The notes under the pieces were generated by a model. The model was not told the origin of the DNA. It did not search any database and saw only the letters and a program-made list of their open reading frames with translations. Of a stretch of 64,000 bases of DNA, positions 27,811 through 41,175 are shown piece after piece (positions within the stretch are counted from its first letter, which is position 1; each line of letters begins with the position of its first letter). Both the position numbers and the translations under genes were made by a program. The stretch is from positions 65,348,001 through 65,412,000 of the forward strand of contig NC_042998.1 in NCBI RefSeq assembly GCF_006345805.1, read 5' to 3'. The stretch comes from Octopus sinensis (taxonomy: Eukaryota).

Positions 27811-30124
27811 CTGTAAAGGAAAAAAAGAAATAAATGTTGCATTAGCACTGAGATTGAGCATTGGGAAAACGTTTTGTGCTCTTTAACGCCTGCTATGATC
27901 TCGATGACGACTGCTGTAGTATCACTAAATATTCGTGTTTTGGTTTTATGTAGATGTTTATGCATATCATAGCAAGGAATCAGAATTGATTATCTTTAAA
28001 TAAAACTCTGGATTGGTTGGATTTAGAAATGAAATATGAAGGCCATTATATTTTTAGAGAAATATTTACCCTAATTTATGTTGAATACTCTGCTATGGTA
28101 GGTGGTTAAATTATAATTTCGGTGTGGATAGGTGGCTTTATATTCTGCCCTGTGGAGCATCATATTCAATACATGTCGTATGTGCCACTATTGTATGTTA
28201 TCTAATTTGAAGCTTAATCTTTGCACTGTACAGCTCAGTTACCGCTTTCATTAGTAGCCTCCACTGCCATAATTCTGTTGAAAAATGCACGCGTTGCCCC
28301 AATTCACTTAGAGACCATCTTAACTGAAGCTGTCATTTTATTTTTAGGTCAATGAGTGTGCGTCGGTAGAGATTTTATTTTAGGTTCAAATTTGAGACAA
28401 TTGCTGTATGGTAGCCTAAAATAGCATCCGTTTCATTCTCGCCTGTCGACACATCATCTACAAATACTAAAACCATTTTGTTTTCCTTTATAAAATCTCT
28501 CTGCTATATATTGATTCCCCGATACAGTTTCACCATTTTAACGGCAAAAGTCATGTCGAGTTGAGGGAATCATCTCATTCCGTAATTCGGCTATTTTGTT
28601 AATTTCATGCATATTTCTAAGCGTGTTCCAAAAATCGCTAATTGTCTTTTTATCATACCGATAAATTTGTTTTTAAAGTTTGTCAAAGGTTTTATTGGTT
28701 ATTATAATTAAAATTAGCTCTATCACATTTTTATTTATTGTCTTGTGCAATGAAATTTCTTTCTTGGCAAAGCATTTCTCACTTATTGTTCCATAAATGT
28801 AATTTAACTTCAATTTGCGTGCTAGTTTATTGTTTTTAAGAAGGGAAAAGATGATGCCTTTTCCGATCTCTCAAGGCAAAATTGCAGGAAATTAAACCCC
28901 AGTTAACTCCTATTTAGTTCGGCGTGGTTATTTGAATGGATAAAAAAAAGTTATATCATAACTAGCTTTTCAACCTCCTACCCCGCTACAAGCATCATGT
29001 GCTTTTTTGGAAGACTAAAATTTATAGGAATATTTATACTCTGAAAGTGATTTAGGCTTCATCACACTGTTCGCTCCTTAATGAGTTCAATTTTATTCAG
29101 CAACAATTTTTTTGAAATTTTGGAGCTGATTAGAAGCAGGCACTTCCATACCCTTAGATTTTAATGACCTGCAAATTAAAGGTGTTGGATTATCCTTTGA
29201 AGATAAACTTTATTAGCAACAAAAATATTAGGGGACAAATTTTGCATCTTTCATCTGGAAATTGTCGCTGAATGATCATGATTCAATACATATTACATCA
29301 AGGAAGATCGTCTATCCGTACTAAAAGAATCGTTTTTATTTCAAGTATCATACCAATCATATAAAGGAAATATTAATCAACGGAGGTAGTGTTTCAGCCC
29401 TTAACTAAATTACAGCAGCATTGTCATATACTGCTCCCGGCAAAAGGTGTTACACTATTGTAGTTTTAAAAGATGGGATTGTGTGTCTTACTTCCCAATT
29501 AAATCAAAATACAAAATACTTCACTAATTTAATTCAACACTGGTTGCCGATGTTTTTCGTTTGTTGCTCTTCTCATCATTCAAACAATCCAATAACTTTA
29601 CACTTAAATAACAGATGTCTATGAGTATTTTGTAATGAATTTTCATTGGGTGATTTACATTATATAACCAATAACCAATTTGTTAATGAAATGTATCTGA
29701 TAGTGAGCGATTAAGTAACTTATAAGCAATCACTCATGATTTGTATTATATTCTACATGTAAACTGTAACATTCTGACACCATACTCATACGAAATAATA
29801 CGAGTACAATATTACGCACGATTATATACTGGCATTTAAATGGGGTTATTTGTTATATAATTTCTGTTTTAAATCACTAGAGATGATGATATAAATTGTA
29901 GTTTTGTCTTCAGCTCCATTGCGCAGAAACCTTGGACAAGCGTGTTCCAAAATGGACCAAGACAGCTCAATACATGGTGAATTAATTTATTAGACAGAAA
30001 CTGCGTGGAATCACGTTGCGTAGATATATGCGAATATCTCATCACATGTGTGTGTGAGTTTGTCACTGCCATTACATCCCAAATAGTGATGCTTTGTTTA
30101 ATTCCACCGTAAATTAAGAGTTAC

Positions 30125-30326
30125 AAAAGAATAAGGCAGCATAATATTTTCTACTCTTGGTACAAAGCCCGAAATTTTGGGGGAGGGTGCCAGTCGATTA
30201 GATCGATCCTGAAAGGATGAAAGGTAAAGATGACCTCGGCAGGATTTGAACTCAGAGCACAAAGACAGATGAAATACCGCCAAGCATTACGCTCGGCGTG
30301 CTAACGTTTCTGCGAGCACGGCGCCT
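30125..30326 (-). mobile_element. Family M SINE
   Basis: Homologous to 23904-24122. Confidence 0.85.
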
Positions 30327-30577
30327 TCTAGGATATCACGGAGAATAATAACAAGTATATGTTTGAACATTTAAAATTGTGACCTTGCAAGGGTACATGG
30401 GAAACAAGAGAAAACGTGCACACGCGCTTGTTCACACATATACAAACACACACATATATGTGTGTGTGTGTGTATATGTGTGTGTGTGAGTGTGTATACG
30501 TAAGATGACAATTTAATTTCGACGTTGAAACAGCAGAAACATTGGGTAGGAACCCATACATAAAAGAACAAATTTGT

Positions 30578-30649
30578 TAACAGACATGGGACGCGAACCC
30601 ACATCCCCTGAAATCACCGGCCAGTGCTTTATCTTTAAGCTAAACTGCC
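30578..30649 (-). pseudogene. Solo 72-nt tRNA-like cloverleaf (tRNA pseudogene or isolated SINE head)
   Basis: D stem GCTT/AAGC, T arm GTGGG-TTCGCGT-CCCAT, imperfect acceptor and anticodon stems, loop CGGTGAT; G33 and C58 are non-canonical. Confidence 0.6.
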
Positions 30650-30844
30650 CGCTGGAAAATTAGCCACCAATTTTAGGCGCTACAAAGCTAAATGGAAAAC
30701 GACATGTATATGAATATAAACAAACCAACAATTGTTTTCTATAAGAGTTGAAATGTGTATTGAGCGGGAATTTTGAAATGGTCCTGAAGCATACATGCAT
30801 ATATATGTATGTATGCGTTCGTATATGTAAGTATCCGTATGTTG

Positions 30845-30883
<39 letters not shown>

Positions 30884-31241
30884 TATATATTTATGATTCT
30901 ATCTGTGTGTATTCCACTGATGAGGCAAAGCGTTACTAAATGCAAAGTCAGAAATCCGGTATCTGGAATTATTCAGTAATTATTTAATACCTTCATCTTG
31001 TCTCTTAGTCTTCTCTCCATGTTGTTATATAATCACTTAAGGTTGTTTTTGGAGTCAGATCATAGCTGCTATTTTCAGCAGTGCGGTATCTCTTACATAC
31101 CCAAATTTATAATTTTAATAATTATTACCTTTGAAGGTTACCTTTTTTCATGCTGGCCACTAGATAGGATCGTTAATTTATTTTAAATTAACGATCTTAT
31201 TCTTATTTATAGAAATTTAAATATATTTTTATATATATGTC

Positions 31242-31269
<28 letters not shown>

Positions 31270-31274
<5 letters not shown>

Positions 31275-31440
31275 TGTTATGTCAACGGAGGGTAATTTTC
31301 TTTTTGTGCCTTATAATGCAACACACTCACCGGTAAAAATTCCACTTATTACTTATTTTTATTTTCCTAAAGGTTTCGTTGCGTCTTGCAACCTTTTCAA
31401 TAATCTTGTCTATTGAAAAGGTTGCAAGACGCAACAAAAT
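31270..31440. mobile_element. Penelope-type terminal repeat with inverted duplication (25-bp perfect hairpin)
   Basis: 31378-31402 is the exact reverse complement of 31411-31435; 8-nt loop. Confidence 0.75.
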
Positions 31441-31550
31441 ATATATGTATATATATTCATATGTGCACGGGGATAATGTATATGTTCTTGTATATACATT
31501 ATTACCTTATTTACAGTTGGCGGATATTTCTCATCATCTTGTTCGTCGTT

Positions 31551-31596
31551 AACACAACATTTCGGTTGATATACCCCACAGCTTTCATCAGGTGTC
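31551..31596 (-). ncRNA. Minimal type I hammerhead-like motif with canonical core
   Basis: GACAC CUGAUGA A AGCUG..CAACC GAAA U GUU GUGUU; stem I 5 bp, stem II imperfect. Confidence 0.65.
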
Positions 31597-31663
31597 TTGG
31601 TGAAATTTCGTACCTGGGTTCTCATTCCTAAAGTATTTTTCGATGCTGTTGTTGTTGTTGTTA

Positions 31664-31785
<122 letters not shown>

Positions 31786-32311
31786 GAGTGAGAGTGTAGT
31801 GCATGCCATAAAAGTGATGCTGGGGTAAAATATACAAAGCCCAGTATACTCATCATGACTACCCGTCTGATAACGATACACCATGTACATGCCTTACAAC
31901 AATATGTGCGCGGCATGAGCTTGCGGGTGTGGCCCTGTTAGAATTTTCTTCTGGTCGAGTAGACCATCCTACTCAAAAGGTTCCTGAATAAGTATTGTTT
32001 AAGGATGTTGAACAAATCACCCATGTTTCCAAAGGTGAATTATCCCAACCTGTAAGAATTCATTTCAACACACGGCTATGATGCTCCTCCACTATTTCTG
32101 CTGATGATCGCAGATGCACATATCACCAGCCACTAAGGGACATGCTCAACTGCTAAATGTCAAACTACTGACAAGCAAATGTGTGGTATTAAGTAGAATA
32201 TTTGCTGTAGCCCATCTTTTATACCAAGACAAAACAATGTACATGATAACACTTCCAATCAATTAAGATTAGAATCCATGAAAGCGAATGTCTGGTACTG
32301 CATCAGGGCAT
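31786..32311 (-). mobile_element. ~550-bp non-coding element, near-full copy
   Basis: Reverse complement is colinear with 17266-17820. Confidence 0.9.
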
Positions 32312-32316
32312 TTCTG

Positions 32317-32449
<133 letters not shown>

Positions 32450-32462
32450 TATTATTATTATT

Positions 32463-32590
32463 CATGTCACTGCCTGGATACGAACTCTTAACCACTACGT
32501 CATATGCCGACGGTCATATGACATAATGGTTAATAAGCGCTGGTTACTAACCCCAAGATTCTGAGTTCGATTCCAGGCAGTGACCTGGAT
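32463..32590. mobile_element. Head-to-head pair of short tRNA-derived SINEs with (AAT)n tails
   Basis: GTCACTGCCTGGA (~32466) is inverted as TCCAGGCAGTGAC (~32572); the plus copy has GAGTTCGATTCC. Confidence 0.65.
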
Positions 32591-32593
32591 AAA

Positions 32594-32635
<42 letters not shown>

Positions 32636-34399
32636 TATTATAATAATAATAATAATAGTATGAAGAAGAAGAAGAAGAAGAAGAAGAAGAAGAAGAAGAA
32701 GAAGAAGAGAAGAAGAAGAAGAAGAAGAAGAAGAAGAAGAAGAATGTTTGCACCACCTGTCCAGAAAGATTCTCTTATGGCCATTTCTACATATGCGTTA
32801 ATGTGTTGGGAGAAGTGACGCTCTTCTGATTGCTTAAGAAGTGAGAATAACATCAGGTGTCCTCGACGCAAAGGGCGATAGTATGACCCATCCTAGTAAT
32901 GTCAAAGTGAGGGCAAATCCGAAATAATTCGTGAATGGAATGGAATAGATGAACAAATTGCAGAAGACCAAAGGCATAAGATCTACTGTGCCAAACATGA
33001 CGTATTCTTTACAGACACAAGAAATATGCAGCTGTACAATGGTGTTTAAGAGATATATAAAGGTAATGTGGAAGGGATCCCCAATGGCGGAACGACGCTT
33101 TAGTTAAATGATTTTGTTTTCCAAAATTAAAATGAAGTACGCAATCAAGAAAGAATACGAAGCGCATTTTGACCAGTGAAGTGTAACTACATTACGCAGC
33201 ATGTTTGATAAGAGGCATATACATACAGATACATATAATTCACACGCACGCACAGAGATGCGTGTGTGTGTGTGTGCATGTGTATATGTATTTATGCATT
33301 CGGCTGTATGTCTACTATCAGTCACAAGAATGTTTCTATAAATTGAAAACTGAAAAGAAATGCAATTGCGTTGATCAGAAAACAATATTTATAAAATTAA
33401 GCATGATATTTGCATTAAAGATGTTCTTTATACTTCTGAAATACATTAATATCCAATACAATAATTAAGGAGTTGTCATTTATTGAAAAATGAAAAACCG
33501 ATAGAAAAATTTCATTGGCTTTCTGGAAACATCAAATGCCAACGTTATAAAACAATCATGATATCAAATATGCTATAGAAAACATGCATTTAATAATAAA
33601 ATGGCAGTTTTAATATCTTAAACTGCTAAATTATAGGTCTTGTAAAATAATTGAAATTATGACTTGTATATTGTAAATGGCAATCTGTTTAACTTCTGTT
33701 GTTACTGTCGTAATGGTTTGTCCTTGAGCATATAATTCAACATATTTTATGATATTTTCATTACGTGTGTGGTGGAGAAGAAGAGGGCAGCCAAAAACAC
33801 ACTGCGGAATGTTTATGAGAAAACGAAATTGTTCCGATTCGTTTTAATTGTATTTATTGGCTTGCACAATTTTCTATAAAATTCTTCTTTAGATCCTTCT
33901 TTAAATTCTTCTTTAAAAATCCATCGTACAGCCTTACAATCGAAAGATGCGATGACGAATTTAATCCCAATTATAGTTTTCCAGAGATTGCAATGTAATC
34001 GGTTGTGCTAGATAATGTTCATCAACCGTGTTTTAAAATCCTGCTTAATATTATCTATATCTGCATTCCCGATGACATCCTCCAAATCCATACTACTATG
34101 TCCATTTTTATACAGTTGGCTTCACAACTGATCAACGTATATTGACATTTCTTAAGTTCTAATATGTTTAACTATCATCCCCTCCTCCTCGGATATTTAT
34201 TCATTTGATGTGCTCTAAAGTGGTCCTTTATTCACATATATATGTATATTCAACTTCCTCAGAATTCATTTCTCTTTATCTTTTATGGTTTAACATTAAT
34301 TTCTGTCTAACAAACCTTCTACCTGTTATATATTGATTAAATGCAATTTAATGGTTTCAATTTTTGATTAAAAAAAGACGCCAACAATTTAGAGGAAAG

Positions 34400-34575
34400 T
34401 AGTTAAATGATTACATTGACAACTTCTCAAGTGGGATTTATTTTATCGATTCCGATAGGAGGAAAAGCCATATCGACCACAGCAAAATTTGAATTCAGTA
34501 CTTAAACTGAGAGAAGAAATGCCGCTAAATATTTGTCCTACATGCAAAAGATTCTACCATCTCGACGCCCTTAAG
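34400..34575 (-). mobile_element. Degenerate family M SINE
   Basis: Decayed match to the family M head and body. Confidence 0.6.
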
Positions 34576-37500
34576 CAATAATACGGTGCTGATCGTGAAT
34601 TCATTCCCCTACTTTCAGTTCATCGCTTGTTTTAAGCTCAAGCTTACATTAAATGTCTACTGTTGTCTACTATTTCTCATTCTCTCAATCAAATCGGCCT
34701 ATTTTACTACTGCTTTAAATCTTACCTAATGATAATTAACATTATTATATGAATGGGCCCCCTATTAATTTTTCGTTTCTGCCATTATATATGCAATTCT
34801 AACGATTCCTCTCAGTTAAGAAAAATGGAACATATGGTGATATGTTCTTTAATTCGATGTAATCATTGTATTCTATGTCAAGAATAGACGCAGACACAAC
34901 GGTGCTTAAGATATTCGCTTCGTAATTTTCTTGTTTCATATTAGAATCTACAGGACCGAGTATCGTAAGCTTAAATGTAGATGAATTTTGTTGGTTTGTA
35001 GTGACCATTTATGAGATTAGTTTATGCACTTTTATGTCGTTTATTTTACTCACCCAATTTGCTTTTGTGTAAACGTGATAGCAATCTCTTTCATTTCAAG
35101 ACTATATTCCTCTGTGTGTGTGTGTGCGTGTGTGAGTGTGTGTGTGTATACAAAATAGGAACCATTGCTGTACATGCGATTCCTTTTCAATTCCTTCTAC
35201 TATGAATCATTAGATATAACTCGAATAAACTTCAAAACGTTCAGTGGCTCCAAACTTGTGAAAATGAAATCCACACTAATATATTTAATGAGGTCCAACT
35301 ATTGACGTATGCAAAGCAATTGTCAGAAAGGAATCTGCTAACACTGTCATAGATCGACGCCTGTCACACGGTGTTGCTTGCATATCAAAATACATACAAC
35401 ATAACAACACGAACACTACCACACGCATTATATCTTGTACCGTCAAAATAGTCAAAGGGGGAAGTCTATATGTGAACCCTGTCTTCCAGAAACAGCGGCT
35501 GTAGCTCACTAGAACCACATCCTAAAATTTTTTTAAAGTACGTGTTCGATAATGCAGCATAGGATACACATGTGGCAGGTTAAACCTTGGCAGAATGCCA
35601 TTCTTTATAAGTCTGCCAATACAGTAGTGACAAAGCAACAACAATATCACAGCAAAAACAACGACAGCCGGAACGAACAACAAAGCATTACAATTTAATC
35701 CTTTAAACTCCCTGTCGCTTTTTCAAACGTTTCCCCACATGTAATTCAACTTCTTTCATTTCCGAGTTTTGCGTAGAGAGGGTGCGAAGGAACGATATCA
35801 TTTATGTTGGATTTAGCTCATTTAGCTTTCGCATTTCTTTGATGTTATTTAGCATCACTATTAATGCTGCTGAACCTCACACAGTGACGACAAGGCCAAC
35901 GCAAGTTGAATTGCTTTTTTTTTTCGTTAGATTTTAAATTCCAGTTGAATGTGTTTCACTTCGCAACTTCTCTTTTACACCATCATTAAGTCAGTTATGC
36001 TAAACATCTCGACTGGATCACGTTGAATGCTTATCAGGGAATAACATTTACGTGGTAGTTCGACTGGTTTGAAATAGCAGCTCAGCCAAACGTTCCACAA
36101 ACTACACTTTATTGTTTGAAAAAGAAAAATGTACCCATTGTATAATGATGGCGTACTTATGGCTGGAATGCCTTTCATCTTGTATGAGTTCAATAATAAA
36201 AACACAGAAAACAGACTCAAAAGAATGATAGAATTTTACCAGAAATCATTGTAGCATCATAATTATTGCATGTCAAAATACTACTACTACTACTAGTACT
36301 GCTACTGCTGCTTGTAGTAGTAGTAGGGGTGCGGTGATGACGGCTGCAGGAGGAGCCACAGCGTAGTTTGTTGTAATCCTATTTTAAATATCTTCACGTA
36401 CAAACGTTGCGCTCTCGAGGTGTATTTTCTGTGCATAGATGTACAGACACGATGATGATAGTAATTAGTAATAATAAAATATAAAATAAAAAGAAGAGGG
36501 AAAAGGAGGAGAAAGATAAAAAGAAAAAGAAGGGAGAGGAGTGGGGAGAAGAAGAAGAAAAAAAATAAGAAGATGAGGAGGAGGAGGAGGTCGTCATTGC
36601 ATTTACTAATGGCAGTGTCACTAGTGAACATTTTATTTCTTCGCATCAGCGATTCTTTAAATTTCACTCCTAATGTATTTTAAATTTAGAAATCGTGTAT
36701 GATTATTGCATGATATGATTTATAAGATTTTAAACAATACATGACGCAATAATAGGAAAGGAAACAGCGCTGTTTATTGACATGGTTGTCAATATTCTAT
36801 AATGCTTGAAATGCCAGGTCATAGATATTAGAGAAACGTACAAGTTTGGATAGAACGACAAGAGCATGATTGTTACTTTATAGGGCCACGTCTTATAATG
36901 TAATGCTACAGCTATATATATAAAACAGACCTATAAACTAAGTCACTTTCGAAAAGTTTATCGTATCATAAGAGACAAATAGAATCAAAAATACCTAGGA
37001 ATATAACCAAATGAAAGAGGCATTTTTTATTCATTGTAACTCCATTCTTTACTTATGATTGTAATTATTACATTTTCTTCTTCCGTGATAAAATATTAAT
37101 CTACATTTTATCCCATTTCGTATAAAAAACAAACAGTAGTTTTCTTATTTGCCTAACAGGCTACATTTTACTGACGACATTCTTACCTTGTATGCAACAT
37201 GTTTGTATAAGGTGACACAAGCATCTTGTTTACAATACGAGACATCGAGAATATATTTCTTGGATTAAACGGAATATTTAATTATATGAGTTAGAGAACA
37301 GCAAGTCACCTTTTGAAACATTACCAAATGCATCGAATTAAGGATATTTTGGCACATACTTCTAACTAGATAGCATTTGAACATCATCCAAAATTATATG
37401 AGAACGTCACTGACTGCGGTTATGAAAGTACTGGTCACAGAAGCCACTATTCGAATATTACTTCATTATTTTACTCTATGATACAAATCGTTTCCATGGC

Positions 37501-37681
37501 TAAAATATAAAAAAGTAGCAACAGCTTCAAGGCTATCGTACATTAAATATTATGCAAGATGTCATTTGAGTATTCGAATTGTTTTTATATATTTCTATAC
37601 ATTGTAGCACAATACATGGTAATACTACACCACTGTTAACTTCACTAATCTCCAACCTGAATATGTTGGCTTTGAAGAACA

Positions 37682-38770
37682 TACTAGGAGGTATCAAAAT
37701 TTTCCCGGACTGTAACGCGCCAACAAATGGCGGAACACGGTTGTATGCACAGCGAGGGCTAGCAGTGATTCTCATCAGGCAGTGTACAGAGTGGCATTGT
37801 TGTGTTTCCTTCGCAAGTTGTGAAATTTTTGTTTTTCTGATTACCTGTATACTGTTGTCTCTGATTTTGATATTGTAACAAAGAGCCAATATGAAATTTT
37901 GCGTTAAACTTTGAATATCTGCTAAAGAGACATTGCGTATGCTCCGGCAAGTGGACCGTAACGAGGCAATGGGTTCGTACGCAGCGTTTCGAGTGGCAAA
38001 AGCGGAAGTACGTCACTAGAAGACGATGAACGATGAGTAAGACCTGGGGAGAAATTATGTCAGCTTGTGTACGACGATCGTCGGGAAACAATCAACAACA
38101 TTTCTGATGTGGTTGGTCTGTCGTTTGTGCCCGTGCAGGTAATCTTAACGTTTGAATTGAACATACGACGTTTCTCTGCCAATTCGGTCACCGACCTGCT
38201 GACACACAAAAAAGAAAGAACATAAAGTGGAAGTCTATAAAGAATTCCGTCAGCGTGCCGCTAATGAACTATCCTTCATGCCGAGGATCGTCACCGGGGA
38301 CGAGAATTGTGTATAGGGGTACGACCCTCAGACGAAGCATCAATTATGACAGTAGGAGATGCCTTCATCTTCACGACCCAAGAAGGCACGACAGAGCTGC
38401 AGCACAATCAAGAGCATGCTTACCGTTGTTTGCAACATCTGTGGTATCGACGATTCGTCCGCCAGGGTCAAACTGTCAGTTGAGAGTTCTGCTGCGGCGT
38501 TTTGAATCATTTGATGGCAGTCATTCGGCGAAAGCGACCGGATCTGTGGGGCGCGAACAATTGGATTCTTTATGATAACAATACATCCCGTCACCAAGCT
38601 CTCCTCACATGTGATTTACCCGCCAAAAAAACAACATATCACTTCCATATCCACCGCATTCACCACGTTAGCATCTGCGGATTTATATCTCTACTCCAAG
38701 ATGAAAATGCAAATCACAGGTTACTGTTTTAACACCGTTGTTGAGATTCCAGTTCGGATTCCAAAAGTGG
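37682..38770 (+). mobile_element. Mariner transposon, decayed transposase
   Basis: TA + TIR-like GAGGTATCAAAATTTTCCCGGAC; MKFCVKL, RIVTGDE, YDPQTK, WILYDN, PPHSP.LA remnants. Confidence 0.88.
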
Positions 38771-40549
38771 TAACAAATCTGAGACTTGGGTATTGCTGCA
38801 AAATGCGTCTATTCTGACGGAAGGCATTCGATGAAATTCAACATGCTTAAATGCATAGAGCATCTCAGGTAAACTATAGCATTACTACTCACGGATAGGA
38901 GGATGGAATTTTATACGCTTACTTCAATTTTGCAGTTCTATTTTGCTTCTGCATTCAACGACACTTTATCGTCGCACTTCTATCGTGATGCAAAACATTG
39001 ACTTGAATCAAGTCACATTTCCCAAAACCGATACTTCAACAATCAACGTGGCGATCTTTGTTCTTTGACTGTTCTCTATGAACTTTATTCTCTCTGCAAT
39101 CATTCTCGCCCAGTTCCCCACCATCTCTCCGGTACTCAATGTGAGCGTACATGCAGTAACTGGTATCCGAAACCCAAAGAGTACAGTCAGCTAATACTAG
39201 TTCAGCTGAACATTCTTCATCATTTCACTAGATAACTTATCTTATGCTTTCTACCGACATTTACATATCAAAACCACGAGTTGAAATAGATAAGATGATA
39301 AATAACAGATATTGATGTGAAATATTTGGAATGCGGATAGTAAAACTAACATAATTTCATATATAGAAATGAGTCAAAATCTGCTATGTATTATATATAT
39401 ATACACTTATATATAGGTGGTGGCACGTATGAAAATGTTTACAATAAAAGTAGAATGACCAGAGTTATATTGAAGCTTATAATGCATCATGATGTACAGT
39501 GTCTGAGAAGTCGATATATTTTAATTTAATCTGCATATATGAATATGGTTTGTATTATCAGGCCATAGAAAATATGTCTGCATATTCGTATATAAATATG
39601 TTCTGTATGTTTTAATCTTAACGAATCTGACGATAAGGGCAAAACAGCTCACTGGACAATGTTACATAGTGTTGCTACTGATGATGATGGTAATATGAAA
39701 TAAGATTCTGATGAGATAATAAAAATTGATTATAACAGCAAAGAAAATACGGACTATAATAATGTGGAGGAAGGCAATTATAAACAGGATTATTATGTGG
39801 TACTCATAATGATTTAAAAGCAGCTGAATAAGGTGATTACGGAGATAATTTACGCGATAATGACTACGGAATTCTCGATATTGTGGCTGATGAAAATAGT
39901 GACATTCACAAGTGTCTTGATGATATTGGTCATTGTAAAGAATGTGGTGGGATATGTTCCAATATGGTATTTTACAAACGGACCCGTGTTTTTACTGAGC
40001 GATTCCAAAATTTGGTAACCACATGTAATGTATATTTACATATAATTTTATGCATTTTGGCAAATTCATCAATCCATAATAAACGGGAGTATTCTAACTA
40101 CATTTTCATAGCTATAAATATATAAGGTTTTCGTTAGTAGGAAATTAAACATTCGTACATACGTTATTTGATTTGATTTCCTTGTTGATTTTTTCAAAAT
40201 ATTTTACGCTTAAGTAATCCTTTTATTATTGCATAAATATCAATAAAATAAGTCATTATATTTATGTACACATTTGTCTCTTAAATATTCATAACTTAGA
40301 ATTCCGCAAACAATTCTACAATGAAAACGAATTGTTGCCAAATCGACACTCTACTAGCGTTACTGCTCCTCCCCAGATGTAGCCTATTTGAAACGCAAGT
40401 CCTTCAAACTTAGTTTATTCTGTTTTTGCAGACTTTTCAAAATAATCAGCGTATCTGCATTTTTTGTATATACACATAGAAATACACCTATGTCTATATA
40501 AATTTGTCTGTGTGCATGCGTATACATACATGCATAGAGGGGTCACTCA

Positions 40550-40938
40550 CGAGAGCTAGGAATGAGGGGAGATAACAAAATAGTGGTGATCCAAAAATGA
40601 AGGTACGCGTGCGGGTGTATGTGAGAGCGTGTATGTGCGTGTAGAAGGGGTCTGGTGACGTTGATGTGTGTAGGTATGAGGATGATGGTGTACATTCTGG
40701 GAAGTGATCAGTTCTAGTGTGCGCGGGGTGGTGTGATGTGGTATGGTGGTGCGTGGTGTGGAGTTGTATGGCGTGGTGTATGGCGTGGTAGTGTAGTGGT
40801 GTGTGGTGTGGTGTGATGGTGTTGGGCTGTGGATAGGTGAGATCGGGGGAGCGAGGGTGGTGTGTTTACTTACATATATACACTCATACACACATATATA
40901 CAAACAAATGTAAAGACGCATTTCGGTCATGAGTGACC
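40550..40938 (-). mobile_element. Penelope-like remnant with truncated hammerhead half
   Basis: 40910-40938 minus: GGUCA-CUCA-UGACC GAAAU GC GUC UUUAC; the CUGAUGA half is absent at the junction with the adjacent SINE. Confidence 0.45.
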
Positions 40939-40939
40939 A

Positions 40940-41175
40940 AGATATTGCATTTATAAAGTTACCCTCTGAGGCACAAGTCCATGTATATCAGCGACCCCTC
41001 TCCATGCCATCAATGCTATTCAAACGGATACAGCTGGGCAATACAACCAGGCTCCAGTCACATTGCAACTCATTTCTACAGCTGCTCAAGGAAACAACAC
41101 ACCGCCTGGTCTGTGCATTGAACTTTCTAACTCATAGTTATGAGCCCGATGCTCTAACCACTAAGCCATGCGCTT
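40940..41175 (-). mobile_element. Degenerate tRNA-derived SINE
   Basis: Head GCGCATGGCTTAGTGGTTAGAGC. Confidence 0.7.

Noticed and set aside
28340-28495. Minus-strand VLVFVDDVSTG, Walker-B or RT-like
   Set aside because: Isolated ~40 codons between stops with no neighbouring motifs
30915-30940. CTGATGAGGCAAAGC
   Set aside because: No GAAA or stem III follows
39660-40125. Asp/Asn-rich reading frame with a CKECGGIC motif
   Set aside because: Interrupted by stops and a frameshift; looks like a decayed GAT/AAT repeat
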